44,166 nt of DNA from Treponema sp. (GCA_009784995.1 WQXE01000001.1:1-44166), one strand, 5' to 3'; numbered from the stretch's first letter, positions 1 through 10,264 are shown. A program made the numbers and translations. Notes: generated from the sequence alone by a model not told the origin.

Positions 1-136
1 CCGGATCGGTTACACCGAAAACTTGAAGTAGACTTGTTACAAAACTTTGTGCTTGTGCTTCTTCGTTTTTAGCGTCTTGCCAGCGTTTTGAAAACTTAAT
101 GGCGTTTGCCTGTATTTCTTCCCAAGATAGTTTCAT
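1..136 (-). CDS. MmeI-like type IIL restriction-modification enzyme, N-terminal part (runs off window edge)
   Basis: Not in the ORF track. Manual translation from ATG at 136: MKLSWEEIQANAIKFSKRWQDAKNEEAQAQSFVTSLLQVFGVTDP, open to the edge. Resembles the MmeI N-terminus (MALSWNEIRRKAIEFSKRWEDA...FFEVFGIT). Confidence 0.8.
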   Translation of the reverse strand, partial: MKLSWEEIQANAIKFSKRWQDAKNEEAQAQSFVTSLLQVFGVTDP

Positions 137-197
137 TTTGTAATTATTGCATATTTTCTTAATAAAATCAAAGAAAAGCCTTCTCTTATCTATCCCA

Positions 198-222
198 ATT
201 CTCTAGACAGCATCTAGAGAAT
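198..222. repeat. Perfect 10-bp inverted repeat ATTCTCTAGA-cagca-TCTAGAGAAT
   Basis: Seen directly between the atl stop and the MmeI-like start. No U-tract follows on the minus strand, so operator versus terminator is unresolved. Confidence 0.5.
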
Positions 223-235
223 CTCCTCTCCCCCT

Positions 236-532
236 TTACCACCCAAACTTGTCCATATCCACAAATCCGTCCGCGGAAACTTCAACACCTTCGCCGCGTA
301 AGAGTGTTAGCTGCAACTGTCTGCCGTCGCCTTCTAACGCGATGGTACCGTTGGAGCGGATAACTCTGTGCCAGGGAAGATTATATTTTTCGGACATGGA
401 ATGAAGTGTTCTGACAGTTTGCCTTGCGCCGTTGGGGATTCCAGCTTTCAGCGCGATGTCGCGGTAGCTGGAAACCTTGCCGGCAGGTATGGCGAGAATT
501 TGTTCGATTATTTTGCGGGTGTTTTCGGTCAT
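236..532 (-). CDS. atl: Alkyltransferase-like protein (MGMT family, YbaZ/Atl type)
   Basis: IPAGKVSSYRDIA...GAR...PWHRV motif, with Trp in place of the catalytic Cys of PCHRV. Single domain, 98 aa. Confidence 0.88.
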   Translation of the reverse strand: MTENTRKIIEQILAIPAGKVSSYRDIALKAGIPNGARQTVRTLHSMSEKYNLPWHRVIRSNGTIALEGDGRQLQLTLLRGEGVEVSADGFVDMDKFGW

Positions 533-572
533 TAAATCTTTTTTCCGGGATATAATTTTTTCAGAATACTTT

Positions 573-902
573 TTATAAAGCCAAATTTTCCCTTACACCT
601 GGAACCATTTCCATCATTTCGTTAATGTTTTTGCAAGTGGCAAAATCTTCGCAAGCGCCGCAGTTGACAATGCCTTTTGTCATGGCGCATTTGCGCATTT
701 CGCACTCAGAACAATGACCGATGAGTATACCTGTGCCTTTGCAGCCGGTACAATTGATCATTTCGGGTGTGAAATCAAAGTTATGCGCGACTTTCCATTC
801 GGCGGCGGTTTTTTCGCGCAGCGCCTGATCATCATTTTTGTGGGCTAGGTACGCTCCGCACTGCGCGCAGTCTAAACCGCAGTAAGCAATCAATTTTTCC
901 AT
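573..902 (-). CDS. DUF3795-type cysteine-rich (metal-binding) protein
   Basis: IAYCGLDCAQC...CTGC...CSECEMRKC...NCGACEDFATC. Start moved to ATG 902, which has a GGAGG SD upstream. Confidence 0.8.
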   Translation of the reverse strand: MEKLIAYCGLDCAQCGAYLAHKNDDQALREKTAAEWKVAHNFDFTPEMINCTGCKGTGILIGHCSECEMRKCAMTKGIVNCGACEDFATCKNINEMMEMVPGVRENLAL

Positions 903-1061
903 ATTTTCCTCCATTTTTTTGATAGTTGTTCCAAAACAACTCTTACTATCTGTATGTATAGTATATTTATATTGTCTTGTCAATACCCTTTGGGGGGTAA
1001 AGTATTCATTTTTTATTTATGAAAAAATTGTAAAAATTTAAGAAAAATATTTATAAATCTA

Positions 1062-1090
1062 TTGAATTTCAGCTAACAGTAAGATAAAAT
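1062..1090 (+). promoter_or_regulatory. Putative sigma70 promoter for the first hybrid kinase operon
   Basis: TTGAAT(1062-1067)-17 nt-TAAAAT(1085-1090), about 50 nt upstream of ATG 1141. Confidence 0.5.
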
Positions 1091-1140
1091 AATACATGTG
1101 CGCGTAACAACGCGTTAATATTAAAGTAAGTGAGAAAAAT

Positions 1141-3255
1141 ATGAAAATGCGTTTTATTACCAAATTAGCATTGGGTATTTCCGCTTTATCAGTCGCGGGT
1201 TTAATCACAACTTACATTATAGTAAACACAATCGTCCATAATATAATATCAGATAACGTAATTACAATAGCTCAGCGCGAACAGGCTATTTACGCGAGCG
1301 AAATAGATTCCTGGTTTAATGTAGCCAATCAAACCTTGGATACTCTGGCAACCGCTTTAAGCGCGAAAACTTCTGATAAAGATTATGTGCCTGTCCTGGA
1401 AAGTTTTGTAAAAAAATATGATTTTATAGGCAATATTTTTATTGGTTATACAAACGGGCATACACTAAATGGAATAGGCTGGATTCCTGAAGAAGGCTGG
1501 TCGCTTTTTGACCGCCCCTGGTATCATGCCGCTCTGTTAGCTGGTGAGGGAAATATAGCCAGGATTAATCCTTTTTGGTCTCACTCTGGTTCGGAAGTTG
1601 TTGTCGCTGTTAGCACGTTTCTTCCGAAGTTAAACGGAATTGGAGCTGTCTTGGGTTTTTCCATCACTTTAGAAGCCGCGTTAGAAAGGGTTAACCAATT
1701 TTCTGTTTTAGGAGACGGTTATCTAATTTTAGCGACAGATAATGGCCAGGTAATTGTTCACCCGCAGCCCTATTATACACTTGGTCCAAACGCTGAAGTT
1801 ATCAATCTTCGCGATATTGATAACGGCGATTTTATAATGGACTGCATCGCTGACAGAATATTTATATCGCGAATAAACGATAGTATTTTAGGAGCTTCTT
1901 ATTTTATCGCTTCTCCGTTGGAAGGTATAAACTGGAAATTAATTTCGATTATTCCAATGGAAGCGACACAAGCGCTTATCAACAATAATTTAGCGGTTAT
2001 TATGACTTCCTTCGCTGTTTTTTTAATTGTTCTTTTCGCGGTTACTATGGTAATTATTTCATTTCTCGCGAAAAATTTGGAAGCCGCTTCCCAAAAAGCG
2101 CACACCGCCAATGTCGCGAAAAGCAATTTCCTCGCCAACATGAGCCACGAAATTAGAACACCCATGAACAGTATTATTGGATTTTCAGAGCTTGCGTTAG
2201 ACGATAAACTTTCCGATCGCGCGAAAGATTATCTTATAAAAATACAGGACAATTCAAAATGGCTTTTACAAATTATAAATGACATACTTGATATTTCCAA
2301 AATAGAATCCGGAAAAATGGATTTGGAAAAACTCCCGTTTGATATACAGGAAATGCTTATTAATTGCCGCACGGTAATTACTCCAAAAGCAATGGAAAAA
2401 AACCTTTTACTTCATTTTTACGCTGAACCGTTTGTAGGAAAAGTTTTATTGGGAGATTCAATAAGACTGCGTCAGGTACTTTTAAATCTTCTTTCCAACG
2501 CGGTAAAATTTACAAATAACGGCATAATTAAACTTCAGATTATCATAAAAAATCAAACAGAAAATACTATAACTTTACTTTTTGAATTAAAAGATTCAGG
2601 TATTGGCATGACGCAGGATCAAATAGATAAAATATTTGACAAGTTTACCCAGGCGGAAGCCGGAACTACACGTAAATACGGAGGAACGGGCTTGGGGCTC
2701 GCTATAACAAAAAATATTGTAGAGCTTATGGGTGGGAAGTTAAATGTAGAAAGTATACCAGCTGTTGGCAGCAAATTCAGTTTCGAATTGATATTTGAAA
2801 CTATAAACAAAGAAGAAAAAAACAGTAATGAAACAAGAATTATACACAGTGAACTTAAAAAACCAGCGTTCAATGGAGAAATCCTGTTGTTTGAAGATAA
2901 TGAAATGAATCAACAAGTTATTCGCGAACATTTATCGCGAGTCGGGATGAAAACAGTTGTGGCGGAAAACGGTAAAATTGGTTTAAATATATTAAAAGAA
3001 CGTTTGTTAAAAGGCGAAAAACTGTTTGATTTAATTTTTATGGATATATATATGCCGGAAATGGACGGTATAGAAGCCGCGGAAAAAATTTTATCGCTTG
3101 GAATTAAAACTCCTATAGTAGCCTTGACAGCTAACATTATGTCACATGACAGGGAACTTTATATAACCAAAGGCATGAAAGACCATTTAAGTAAACCGTT
3201 TACTTCGCAGGAATTGTGGAGTTGTCTTATGAAATATTTTACTCCAATCACATGA
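1141..3255 (+). CDS. Hybrid sensor histidine kinase (TM-dCache-TM-HisKA-HATPase-REC)
   Basis: RPWY Cache motif, H-box [15 protein letters not shown]-box [23 protein letters not shown], receiver [14 protein letters not shown]...KPF. Confidence 0.93.
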   Translation: MKMRFITKLALGISALSVAGLITTYIIVNTIVHNIISDNVITIAQREQAIYASEIDSWFNVANQTLDTLATALSAKTSDKDYVPVLESFVKKYDFIGNIFIGYTNGHTLNGIGWIPEEGWSLFDRPWYHAALLAGEGNIARINPFWSHSGSEVVVAVSTFLPKLNGIGAVLGFSITLEAALERVNQFSVLGDGYLILATDNGQVIVHPQPYYTLGPNAEVINLRDIDNGDFIMDCIADRIFISRINDSILGASYFIASPLEGINWKLISIIPMEATQALINNNLAVIMTSFAVFLIVLFAVTMVIISFLAKNLEAASQKAHTANVAKSNFLANMSHEIRTPMNSIIGFSELALDDKLSDRAKDYLIKIQDNSKWLLQIINDILDISKIESGKMDLEKLPFDIQEMLINCRTVITPKAMEKNLLLHFYAEPFVGKVLLGDSIRLRQVLLNLLSNAVKFTNNGIIKLQIIIKNQTENTITLLFELKDSGIGMTQDQIDKIFDKFTQAEAGTTRKYGGTGLGLAITKNIVELMGGKLNVESIPAVGSKFSFELIFETINKEEKNSNETRIIHSELKKPAFNGEILLFEDNEMNQQVIREHLSRVGMKTVVAENGKIGLNILKERLLKGEKLFDLIFMDIYMPEMDGIEAAEKILSLGIKTPIVALTANIMSHDRELYITKGMKDHLSKPFTSQELWSCLMKYFTPIT

Positions 3256-3275
3256 AATAATTAGGAGGTGAAATT

Positions 3276-3698
3276 ATGAATACAGAAACCAATAACAGTG
3301 TGCTTATTGTTGATGACGATAAAGCAAACCTTTTGGAATTAATTCATATATTAAGACCTGAATATAAATTATATTCAGCCAAAGACGGTGTTTCGGCTTT
3401 AAAACTGGCGCGGGAAAATAAACCGGATCTTATACTGTTAGACATAGTACTGCCGGGTTTGAGCGGTTATGAAGTTTTGGCGAAATTAAAAGAATCAGAT
3501 AACACAAATGATATCCCCGTAATTTTTATAACAGGAATAAGTGAAACCGAAGATGAAAATACAGGACTTTCTTTGGGAGCGGCCGACTATATCCGCAAAC
3601 CTTTCGCGCGTCTTGTCGTCCTTCGCAGAGTCCGCCACCAAATAGAAATCGTCAATCTGCGGCGTGAATTACTCGCCGCGAAAAATATGGAGAAATAA
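3276..3698 (+). CDS. Stand-alone response regulator (receiver plus short helical tail)
   Basis: VLIVDDD...DLILLDIVLPGLSG...IFITG...DYIRKPF. AGGAGG SD upstream. Confidence 0.9.
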   Translation: MNTETNNSVLIVDDDKANLLELIHILRPEYKLYSAKDGVSALKLARENKPDLILLDIVLPGLSGYEVLAKLKESDNTNDIPVIFITGISETEDENTGLSLGAADYIRKPFARLVVLRRVRHQIEIVNLRRELLAAKNMEK

Positions 3699-3701
3699 AA
3701 A

Positions 3702-4427
3702 GTGGATATAAAAAAAATGAACATTAGAAAAAGAATACTAATACCTATGGTCATATTAACAATCGGATGCGGTATTTCTGTTTTAATTTCATCAATAGTA
3801 CTTTTTCATAATGAGCTTGAGCGTAACCTTCAGGAAAAAATTAATATCGCGATAAATGTACTTGAACAAACAATAAGCGACTTTAAAACAAATACCTATA
3901 TCGCCGCGTTTAACATGACAGGTAATCCGGAATTAATATCCGCGGTAAGAAGCCAAGATCGCGACGAATTATCAAAAGCGGCGGAAAGATTAAGCGTTCT
4001 CGCGCGTCTTGAAATAGGTACTATTTTAGACAAATACGGCAATGTACTTTTAAGGGTGCACAACCCCGATATTTTCGGCGATAACGCTTCTGATCTACCT
4101 CATATAAAATCAGCTCTTAATGGAGAAATAAGCGTTTACATTATGGAAGGTCCTGTATTAGCGCTCGCTGTAGCGGCAGGCGCGCCAATTTATGACGAGA
4201 ACATGAATATAGCAGGAGCTGTAACTTTCGCTATCAGATTAGACGATCAGGCGTTTGTTAATAGAATGCAAGCGTTAACAGGATGCGAAATAAGTATTTT
4301 TAACAGCAGGGGGCGTGTAGCGACAACCCTTTCAGCGGCGGACAGCACCATTATCGCGAATATCGAACTTTACAGACAAATAAATGAAACTGTATTCGCG
4401 GGAAACACTTTTACAACAAAGCTGTAA
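3702..4427 (+). CDS. N-terminal fragment: TM helix plus Cache-type sensor domain
   Basis: N-terminal TM, then ILDKYGNVLLRVHNPDIFGD...AGAPIYDENMNIAGAV, typical of Cache sensors. Confidence 0.7.
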   Translation: MDIKKMNIRKRILIPMVILTIGCGISVLISSIVLFHNELERNLQEKINIAINVLEQTISDFKTNTYIAAFNMTGNPELISAVRSQDRDELSKAAERLSVLARLEIGTILDKYGNVLLRVHNPDIFGDNASDLPHIKSALNGEISVYIMEGPVLALAVAAGAPIYDENMNIAGAVTFAIRLDDQAFVNRMQALTGCEISIFNSRGRVATTLSAADSTIIANIELYRQINETVFAGNTFTTKL

Positions 4428-4535
4428 TTCGCGAGCGGAGAAATAATAGGAAAATATGTACCGGTATACAGTTCTGAAGTAAGCGGCGCGAATGTAACCG
4501 GAATTTTATTCGCGGGTTATTACACAGCAAGGGAC

Positions 4536-6404
4536 ATGAATAAAATAAATTATTTTATTTTTAACGGAATACTTATAACATTGGGAGTGATTATAATTTG
4601 TATTATTATGGTATTGCGTATTTCCGCGGCTATTCAGGAAAGACATGATATTTTTATAAAAGAAATAGATAAAACAAATACGGCTTTACGTTATTCACGC
4701 GAAGAAGCGGAAAAAGCGAATGAAGCCAAGTCAAGTTTTCTTGCCAACATGAGCCACGAAATAAGAACACCAATGAACAGCGTCATTGGGTTTTCGGAGC
4801 TCGCGTTAGACGACACTGTATCCGATCGCACAAGGGATTATCTTGTTAAAATTCAGGATAACTCTAAATGGCTTTTGCAGATTATTAATGATGTATTGGA
4901 TATTTCTAAAATCGAATCGGGAAAAATGGATTTGGAAAGAGTCCCCTTTGATATGCATGAAATGTTTATCAACTGCCGTACGATAATTATGCCAAAAGCG
5001 ATAGAAAAAAATCTTTTACTTCATTTTTACGCCGAACCGTCCGTAGGGAAGGTTCCTTTGGGCGATCCTGTAAGACTTCGTCAGATTCTTTTAAACCTCC
5101 TTTCCAACGCCGTAAAATTCACAAATACAGGTATGATAAAACTTCAGGCGACAGTAAAAAAACAAACAGAAAATTCTATAACTATGTCTTTTGAAGTAAA
5201 AGACAGCGGTATCGGCATGACTCAGGAGCAAATTAATAAAGTATTTGATAAATTTATTCAGGCGGAAATTGGAACAACCAGAAAATACGGAGGCACAGGG
5301 CTTGGGCTTACCATAACAAGAAATATTGTAGAGTTAATGGGTGGAAGTCTTAATGTAGAAAGCGCTGTCGGAGTCGGAAGTAAATTCAGTTTTGAACTTA
5401 CATTTGAAACAATAAACGAAGACGAAAATAAGCTTAAAGAAACAAAAATATTACACAGCGAACTTAAAAAACCAACTTTTAAGGGAGAAATCCTGTTATT
5501 CGAAGATAACGCCATGAATCAACAGGTTATTCGCGAACATTTATCGCGGGTCGGGTTAAAAACAGTTATAGCGGAAAACGGAAAAATCGGCATTGATATT
5601 CTAAATGAACGCGCGCGAAAAGGTGAAAAACCTTTTGATCTTATTTTCATGGATATACACATGCCGGAAATGGACGGCATAGAAGCCGCCGAGCGAATTA
5701 TAGAAATGGGAATAAAAATACCAATTGTCGCGATGACAGCTAACATTATGTCTCACGACAGAGAATTGTACATAACAAAAGGCATGAAAGACCACGTAAG
5801 TAAACCTTTTACATCGCAGGAATTGTGGAGCTGTCTTATGAGATATTTTATTCCAGTCACATGGCAGAACGAAGATGAAATCCAGTTAAAAAAATCAGAA
5901 AATGAACTGCGTCAAAAATTATATGATAATTTTGTAAAAACAAATAAAAATAAAATATTAGAAATTCAAAACGCTATAAATTCAGGCGAAATAAAAACGG
6001 CTCACAGACTCGCGCATACACTGAAAAACAACGCGGCTCAGCTTGAAAAAGTTTTATTGCAACGGGCGGCGGAAAATGTGGAAAAGCATTTAAAAGAAAA
6101 CAAAAAACCAATTACAATGCAGCAAATGGCTGTCCTGGAAATAGAGTTAAACGCTGTTCTCGCGGAACTTTCGCTTCTTAGAAATGATGATGTAATACAA
6201 TCTGTATCGTCCGAATCGCTTGACGAAAACGCGGTAAAAGATTTAATCAAAAAATTAAAACAAATGTTAAAAACTCAGGATACGGATTGTTTAAATCTTG
6301 TCGAAAAAATCAGATTAATACCGGAAAGCGAACATATAATCACATTCATTGAGGATTTAAATTTTGAACAGGCGCTGGAAGCTGTTATAAAACAATTTCC
6401 TTAA
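4536..6404 (+). CDS. C-terminal fragment: TM-HisKA-HATPase-REC-Hpt
   Basis: [42 protein letters not shown], Hpt motif AHRLAHTLKNNA. Confidence 0.85.
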   Translation: MNKINYFIFNGILITLGVIIICIIMVLRISAAIQERHDIFIKEIDKTNTALRYSREEAEKANEAKSSFLANMSHEIRTPMNSVIGFSELALDDTVSDRTRDYLVKIQDNSKWLLQIINDVLDISKIESGKMDLERVPFDMHEMFINCRTIIMPKAIEKNLLLHFYAEPSVGKVPLGDPVRLRQILLNLLSNAVKFTNTGMIKLQATVKKQTENSITMSFEVKDSGIGMTQEQINKVFDKFIQAEIGTTRKYGGTGLGLTITRNIVELMGGSLNVESAVGVGSKFSFELTFETINEDENKLKETKILHSELKKPTFKGEILLFEDNAMNQQVIREHLSRVGLKTVIAENGKIGIDILNERARKGEKPFDLIFMDIHMPEMDGIEAAERIIEMGIKIPIVAMTANIMSHDRELYITKGMKDHVSKPFTSQELWSCLMRYFIPVTWQNEDEIQLKKSENELRQKLYDNFVKTNKNKILEIQNAINSGEIKTAHRLAHTLKNNAAQLEKVLLQRAAENVEKHLKENKKPITMQQMAVLEIELNAVLAELSLLRNDDVIQSVSSESLDENAVKDLIKKLKQMLKTQDTDCLNLVEKIRLIPESEHIITFIEDLNFEQALEAVIKQFP

Positions 6405-6545
6405 GTTAAAAAATCGAAACAAATGTGTCTTAGTATTATTTTTTTAAACTTTTAAACGTTACAAATATATTAAAAAGAATCGGGTCAAGCTTGCGGTACT
6501 TTAAAACATAATCATTCCACATTACATGAATGGCTTCGCTGTGAT

Positions 6546-6695
6546 TTAATACCTTACATGTAACGCGGCTTTCGCGCTGTTAAAGTTAAAGTTAACTTCA
6601 CCTTCGTTATATTCTACAAATGAATCTTTTCCAATATCGTGAATTAATAATCCCAATGCCCAATTATAAAAATAATTAACCGGGATAGCTCTCAT
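6546..6695 (-). pseudogene. 49-codon HD-domain phosphohydrolase fragment
   Basis: Below the ORF-track cutoff. MRAIPVNYFYNWALGLLIHDIGKDSFVEYNEGEVNFNFNSAKAALHVRY* contains the hydrophobic-HDIGK signature but is too short for a full HD fold. Confidence 0.55.
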
Positions 6696-6799
6696 ACCTT
6701 TGTAAAAAACAATTTGTACCAAATGTGTACTAAAAGAGAAAAAATAAAATAATTTTAATAATTTAAAAAAAGTATATTATTATAGTTATAAAGGTTATA

Positions 6800-8098
6800 T
6801 TATTTTTTTGGTATTTTTATCACAGCGATTGTTCCTTTTTCCGATTCACCGGAAATTTCAAATGTTCCGCCGCATTGATCTTTTAATCTTTGCCTGACAT
6901 TTTCAATACCTATATGTGCTTGCATATTTTCAAACAGCTTATCCGTGTTATACCCTGCGCCGTCATCTGACACAGTCACAATAAATTCTTTTTCAGCTTC
7001 ACGAACGGAAATATTTATAGTTCCGCCGCCTTCTTTTTGACCTATACCGTGTTTAACCGCGTTTTCTACAATCGGTTGTATTGAAAGCGGAGGCAGCATA
7101 AAACCGGAAGCTTCTATGTTATAAACAACATTCAACGCGTCCTTGTACATTGTTTTTTCCAAATCAAGATAACCTTTTACATGTTCCAATTCTTTTTCAA
7201 CACTAATCAAACCTTTATCATTGAGTGAATCCATATTGCTTCGCAGATACGCCGAAAAATCCACCGTCGCTTTTTTCGCTTTTAACGGGTCTTCATCACA
7301 AAGTTGGGCGATCGCGGACAAAGCGTTATACAAAAAATGCGGTTGAATTTGCGAAAGCATTATAGATACCTTACTTTGGGTTAGTTCCAGTTCTTTTTGT
7401 TTAATTTGCTGCGACAATTCACTTTGAATACTAGCGTAGTAAATTAAAACAGCAAGCGTTATGGAAAAATTGATTAACGACAATCTCCATAAAAATAATT
7501 CTATCAAAATAGCCGCTATTGGCAGAACCGCGTATGACAAAAGTGTTAACAGTTCTCTTATACTCAAAAACTTTTTATAAACGATAAGCAAACCTGTACC
7601 GATAATCATACAGCCAAACGAAAGAAACCGGCTAAACAGTAACCAGTCGTTAAGTTCTCTTAGTACCATATAATGGCTTAGGTCTGTCATATAATACATG
7701 GCAAAAGGCAATAAAACGATAGTCATCGCGATATCGATAAAACAAAAAGCCACCGCTATGTACGCGGCTATTTGGGCAGCTTTAGAAATCGTTGTTTTCT
7801 CTTTAAGAATGGTTATTACTAATTGAATATAAAATATTAATATAACAGGTCCAAAAAGAGGAATTAATATAATCAACGCTTTCGTCAAAATTGAATTATC
7901 CGCGATTGGCGTGATGTTAAAAATATTTTCTGTGATTATTACAAATAAACCTATAATATTAATTATAATAATACGGATAAAAATACGGCTGCGCTTTAAC
8001 TTTCTGTATTCGCTTGTCATAACAAAAAATAAAATCAATATGCAAATAATAACGTTTATAATATTTATTGTTATATCAATATAGTCTGCCGAATACAT
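6800..8098 (-). CDS. Membrane histidine kinase, LytS/YesM (His_kinase) type
   Basis: Multi-TM N-terminus, SQIQPHFLYNAL H-box, LPPLSIQPIVENAVKHG, VSDDGAG, HIGIENVRQRL. Confidence 0.92.
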   Translation of the reverse strand: MYSADYIDITINIINVIICILILFFVMTSEYRKLKRSRIFIRIIIINIIGLFVIITENIFNITPIADNSILTKALIILIPLFGPVILIFYIQLVITILKEKTTISKAAQIAAYIAVAFCFIDIAMTIVLLPFAMYYMTDLSHYMVLRELNDWLLFSRFLSFGCMIIGTGLLIVYKKFLSIRELLTLLSYAVLPIAAILIELFLWRLSLINFSITLAVLIYYASIQSELSQQIKQKELELTQSKVSIMLSQIQPHFLYNALSAIAQLCDEDPLKAKKATVDFSAYLRSNMDSLNDKGLISVEKELEHVKGYLDLEKTMYKDALNVVYNIEASGFMLPPLSIQPIVENAVKHGIGQKEGGGTINISVREAEKEFIVTVSDDGAGYNTDKLFENMQAHIGIENVRQRLKDQCGGTFEISGESEKGTIAVIKIPKK

Positions 8099-8112
8099 TT
8101 TTTTACTCCGCT

Positions 8113-8904
8113 TTAAGCTTTAAGGTTAAAATTCCACTTTAAGTTTTCCGCCCAGCTATACTGAGCCATGTATTCACCCGCGTAAGCGTTTACGCAAGAC
8201 ATGTCGCCTTTCATAAACTGGTAACTGTCGCATATTATTTTATCAGGAATTATCGCGATGCTGTTGTGCCGTTTTAATACAATATCGTCAGCTCCGGCAG
8301 CGTTCAGCGTTTTAATTAAATCACTGATTAATTTACGCAAATACGCTTTTAAATTTTCAGTATCTGATTTTTCTTCCCACAATACAGCGCAAAGTTCGTT
8401 CATATTTACAGCGGCGCCATTGCGGTTAATTAAATAAGCGAATAATTCCTTCGTTTTATTGTAACGGAATTTTAAAGAAATGCCGTAAGAAAAAACATCA
8501 AAGTTTCCAAAGGTCTGCGCGTACAGCCGCGCGCTGTTTTTTTGCTCGAGTGGATACCGTAAATTTTTTATTTCCCGTTCTACGGCTTCTTTTGTAACCG
8601 GTTTTAAAATGTATCCGCTTGGATAAAGCCCAAACGCTTCGGTTGAATATTTGGAATAAGCCGTCACAAAAATTATATTAATTTTAGGATTTAATTCTTT
8701 TAATTCTTTTGCCAAATCAAGACCGTTCATACCCCACATTTTGATGTCTAAAAACGCTATATCGCAAGGATTATCTTTAGCGAATACAAGCAGCTCTGAT
8801 GGTTTATTAAACGCGAAAACCATCGCCCGCGGACGCGCCTCGTTTATTGAACTAATCAAAAGTTTGAGAGCCGGTTCATTGTCATCAATGGCAAGTATTT
8901 TCAT
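8113..8904 (-). CDS. Response regulator with SARP-like winged-helix DNA-binding output
   Basis: Receiver (AIDDN, AFLDIKM, FVTAY, YILKP), then QTFGNFDVF...KTKELFAYLINRNG...LWEE, typical of REC-SARP regulators paired with LytS-type kinases. Confidence 0.85.
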   Translation of the reverse strand: MKILAIDDNEPALKLLISSINEARPRAMVFAFNKPSELLVFAKDNPCDIAFLDIKMWGMNGLDLAKELKELNPKINIIFVTAYSKYSTEAFGLYPSGYILKPVTKEAVEREIKNLRYPLEQKNSARLYAQTFGNFDVFSYGISLKFRYNKTKELFAYLINRNGAAVNMNELCAVLWEEKSDTENLKAYLRKLISDLIKTLNAAGADDIVLKRHNSIAIIPDKIICDSYQFMKGDMSCVNAYAGEYMAQYSWAENLKWNFNLKA

Positions 8905-8911
8905 TATATTT

Positions 8912-8940
8912 ATTTTACATTAATTTACGTTTTTATTCAA
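8912..8940 (-). promoter_or_regulatory. Putative sigma70 promoter giving a leaderless transcript of the response regulator
   Basis: TTGAAT(8940-8935)-17 nt-TAAAAT(8917-8912)-7 nt-ATG(8904). No SD sequence. Confidence 0.55.
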
Positions 8941-8965
8941 AGAAAATAATTAATATCCCGGACAA

Positions 8966-10264
8966 TCACTTTAAAACAACCTGTTTCGCGATAGTCAGCC
9001 GCCAGCGAAGCAGCCACAACAGCGCCGCCGCGATACGCAGCGCGAAAATAATCGCGAACGCGTAACGCAATCCGTTTAAATCGCCGCCTAAAGCGCGGTA
9101 AAGAGTTATTCCGGCTACAGGCATAACAGCGTTTGACAAACAGATAAGACAGGCGAAAACCGACATGGATAAACTTCTGTTTTCCTCGTCAACAACCAGT
9201 AAAAGGCACTGGAATAAATTCAATGTAATGGTCGCGAAAGGAATATGCGCGATTATATGTAACACTACAAAAAGATGAGGTCCCAAAGAAGGCGGCAAAC
9301 TTACGGCGACAATCATAAAAACAGGACACAAACTTAAACCCAGAATACCAAAAGTAAAAGGAAGTACAACACCGTGTTTTTCATTTTTGCGGCTCCAGAA
9401 TTTTAACGTTAACAATTGAATCGCCGCCGCTCCCAAAGGAGCTAACCCAAGCTGGAACTCATTCATATGCAAATAATTTACCTGGCTAATAAAATATAAA
9501 GTCCAGTCAAAATGCCATGTCGCGTGAAAAAACAGCGCCACAGCGGCAAACATTAAAAATGGTTTATTGCGCGAAAGAGACGCGAATGATCTTTTTATTT
9601 CAGGTAATGTAATACGCTTTGGAACAATCGAGCGGCTTCTTCTGAATTTATTAAAATTAAAAATCGCCAAAAGAAATACCAATATCGAAACAATAAAAAA
9701 TATTTGATGCGCGATAATTTTTCCGTTTAAACTTCTGATACACGCGAGTATTATTCCCGTTAAAAGAGGCGCGATCATACTGATAAATAAAAAGATACGT
9801 GTTCGCAGCGTAAGTACATAATTTCTGTTGGTCAAATCTACAACGGTAGGAAAAAATGACTGCCACGCGATGTTATGTAAAGCTAACGCCGCGCCCGCGA
9901 ACGAAAGCGAACCTAAAAAAAACGCGATGGAATAAGAACCGGCATAAGGCGATAAAACGCAAAACAGGTATCCTAGCATAACCACAACCAGCATGATTAT
10001 TACAATACGCTTTTTATTACGCAAGCTGTCCATTAAAAGACCGCCGGGAATTAAGACCAGCATGGTAAAAATCTGCGGAAGAAATTGTATAAGACTTAAT
10101 TGAAATTCATCCGCGCCCAAACGCATCGCGAACAAATTATAATTATTAATGGCGATACTGGTCGCGAAAGCGATAAAAAATCCGTCCGCTATATAACGAG
10201 CGGCAATGGGATTTACCTTAACAAATTTTATGATTTTAGCGGGCAGATACTTAAATAGAAGCAC
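8966..10264 (-). CDS. MFS transporter
   Basis: About 12 hydrophobic segments in a 6+6 arrangement, motif-A-like GGLLMDSLRNKK. GTG start with AAGGA upstream. Confidence 0.85.
   Translation of the reverse strand: MLLFKYLPAKIIKFVKVNPIAARYIADGFFIAFATSIAINNYNLFAMRLGADEFQLSLIQFLPQIFTMLVLIPGGLLMDSLRNKKRIVIIMLVVVMLGYLFCVLSPYAGSYSIAFFLGSLSFAGAALALHNIAWQSFFPTVVDLTNRNYVLTLRTRIFLFISMIAPLLTGIILACIRSLNGKIIAHQIFFIVSILVFLLAIFNFNKFRRSRSIVPKRITLPEIKRSFASLSRNKPFLMFAAVALFFHATWHFDWTLYFISQVNYLHMNEFQLGLAPLGAAAIQLLTLKFWSRKNEKHGVVLPFTFGILGLSLCPVFMIVAVSLPPSLGPHLFVVLHIIAHIPFATITLNLFQCLLLVVDEENRSLSMSVFACLICLSNAVMPVAGITLYRALGGDLNGLRYAFAIIFALRIAAALLWLLRWRLTIAKQVVLK

Larger units (their letters stand above)
3702..6404 (+). 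pseudogene. Hybrid histidine kinase (Cache-HisKA-HATPase-REC-Hpt) interrupted by one in-frame TAA at 4425-4427
   Basis: ORFs 3702-4427 and 4536-6404 share a frame. The 36 codons between them are open (FASGEIIGKYVPVYSSEVSGANVTGILFAGYYTARD) and look like the end of a Cache domain. Confidence 0.8.

Noticed and set aside
4425..4427. Selenocysteine/pyrrolysine recoding or an alternative genetic code
   Set aside because: The codon is TAA, which terminates many genes here. Sec and Pyl use TGA and TAG.
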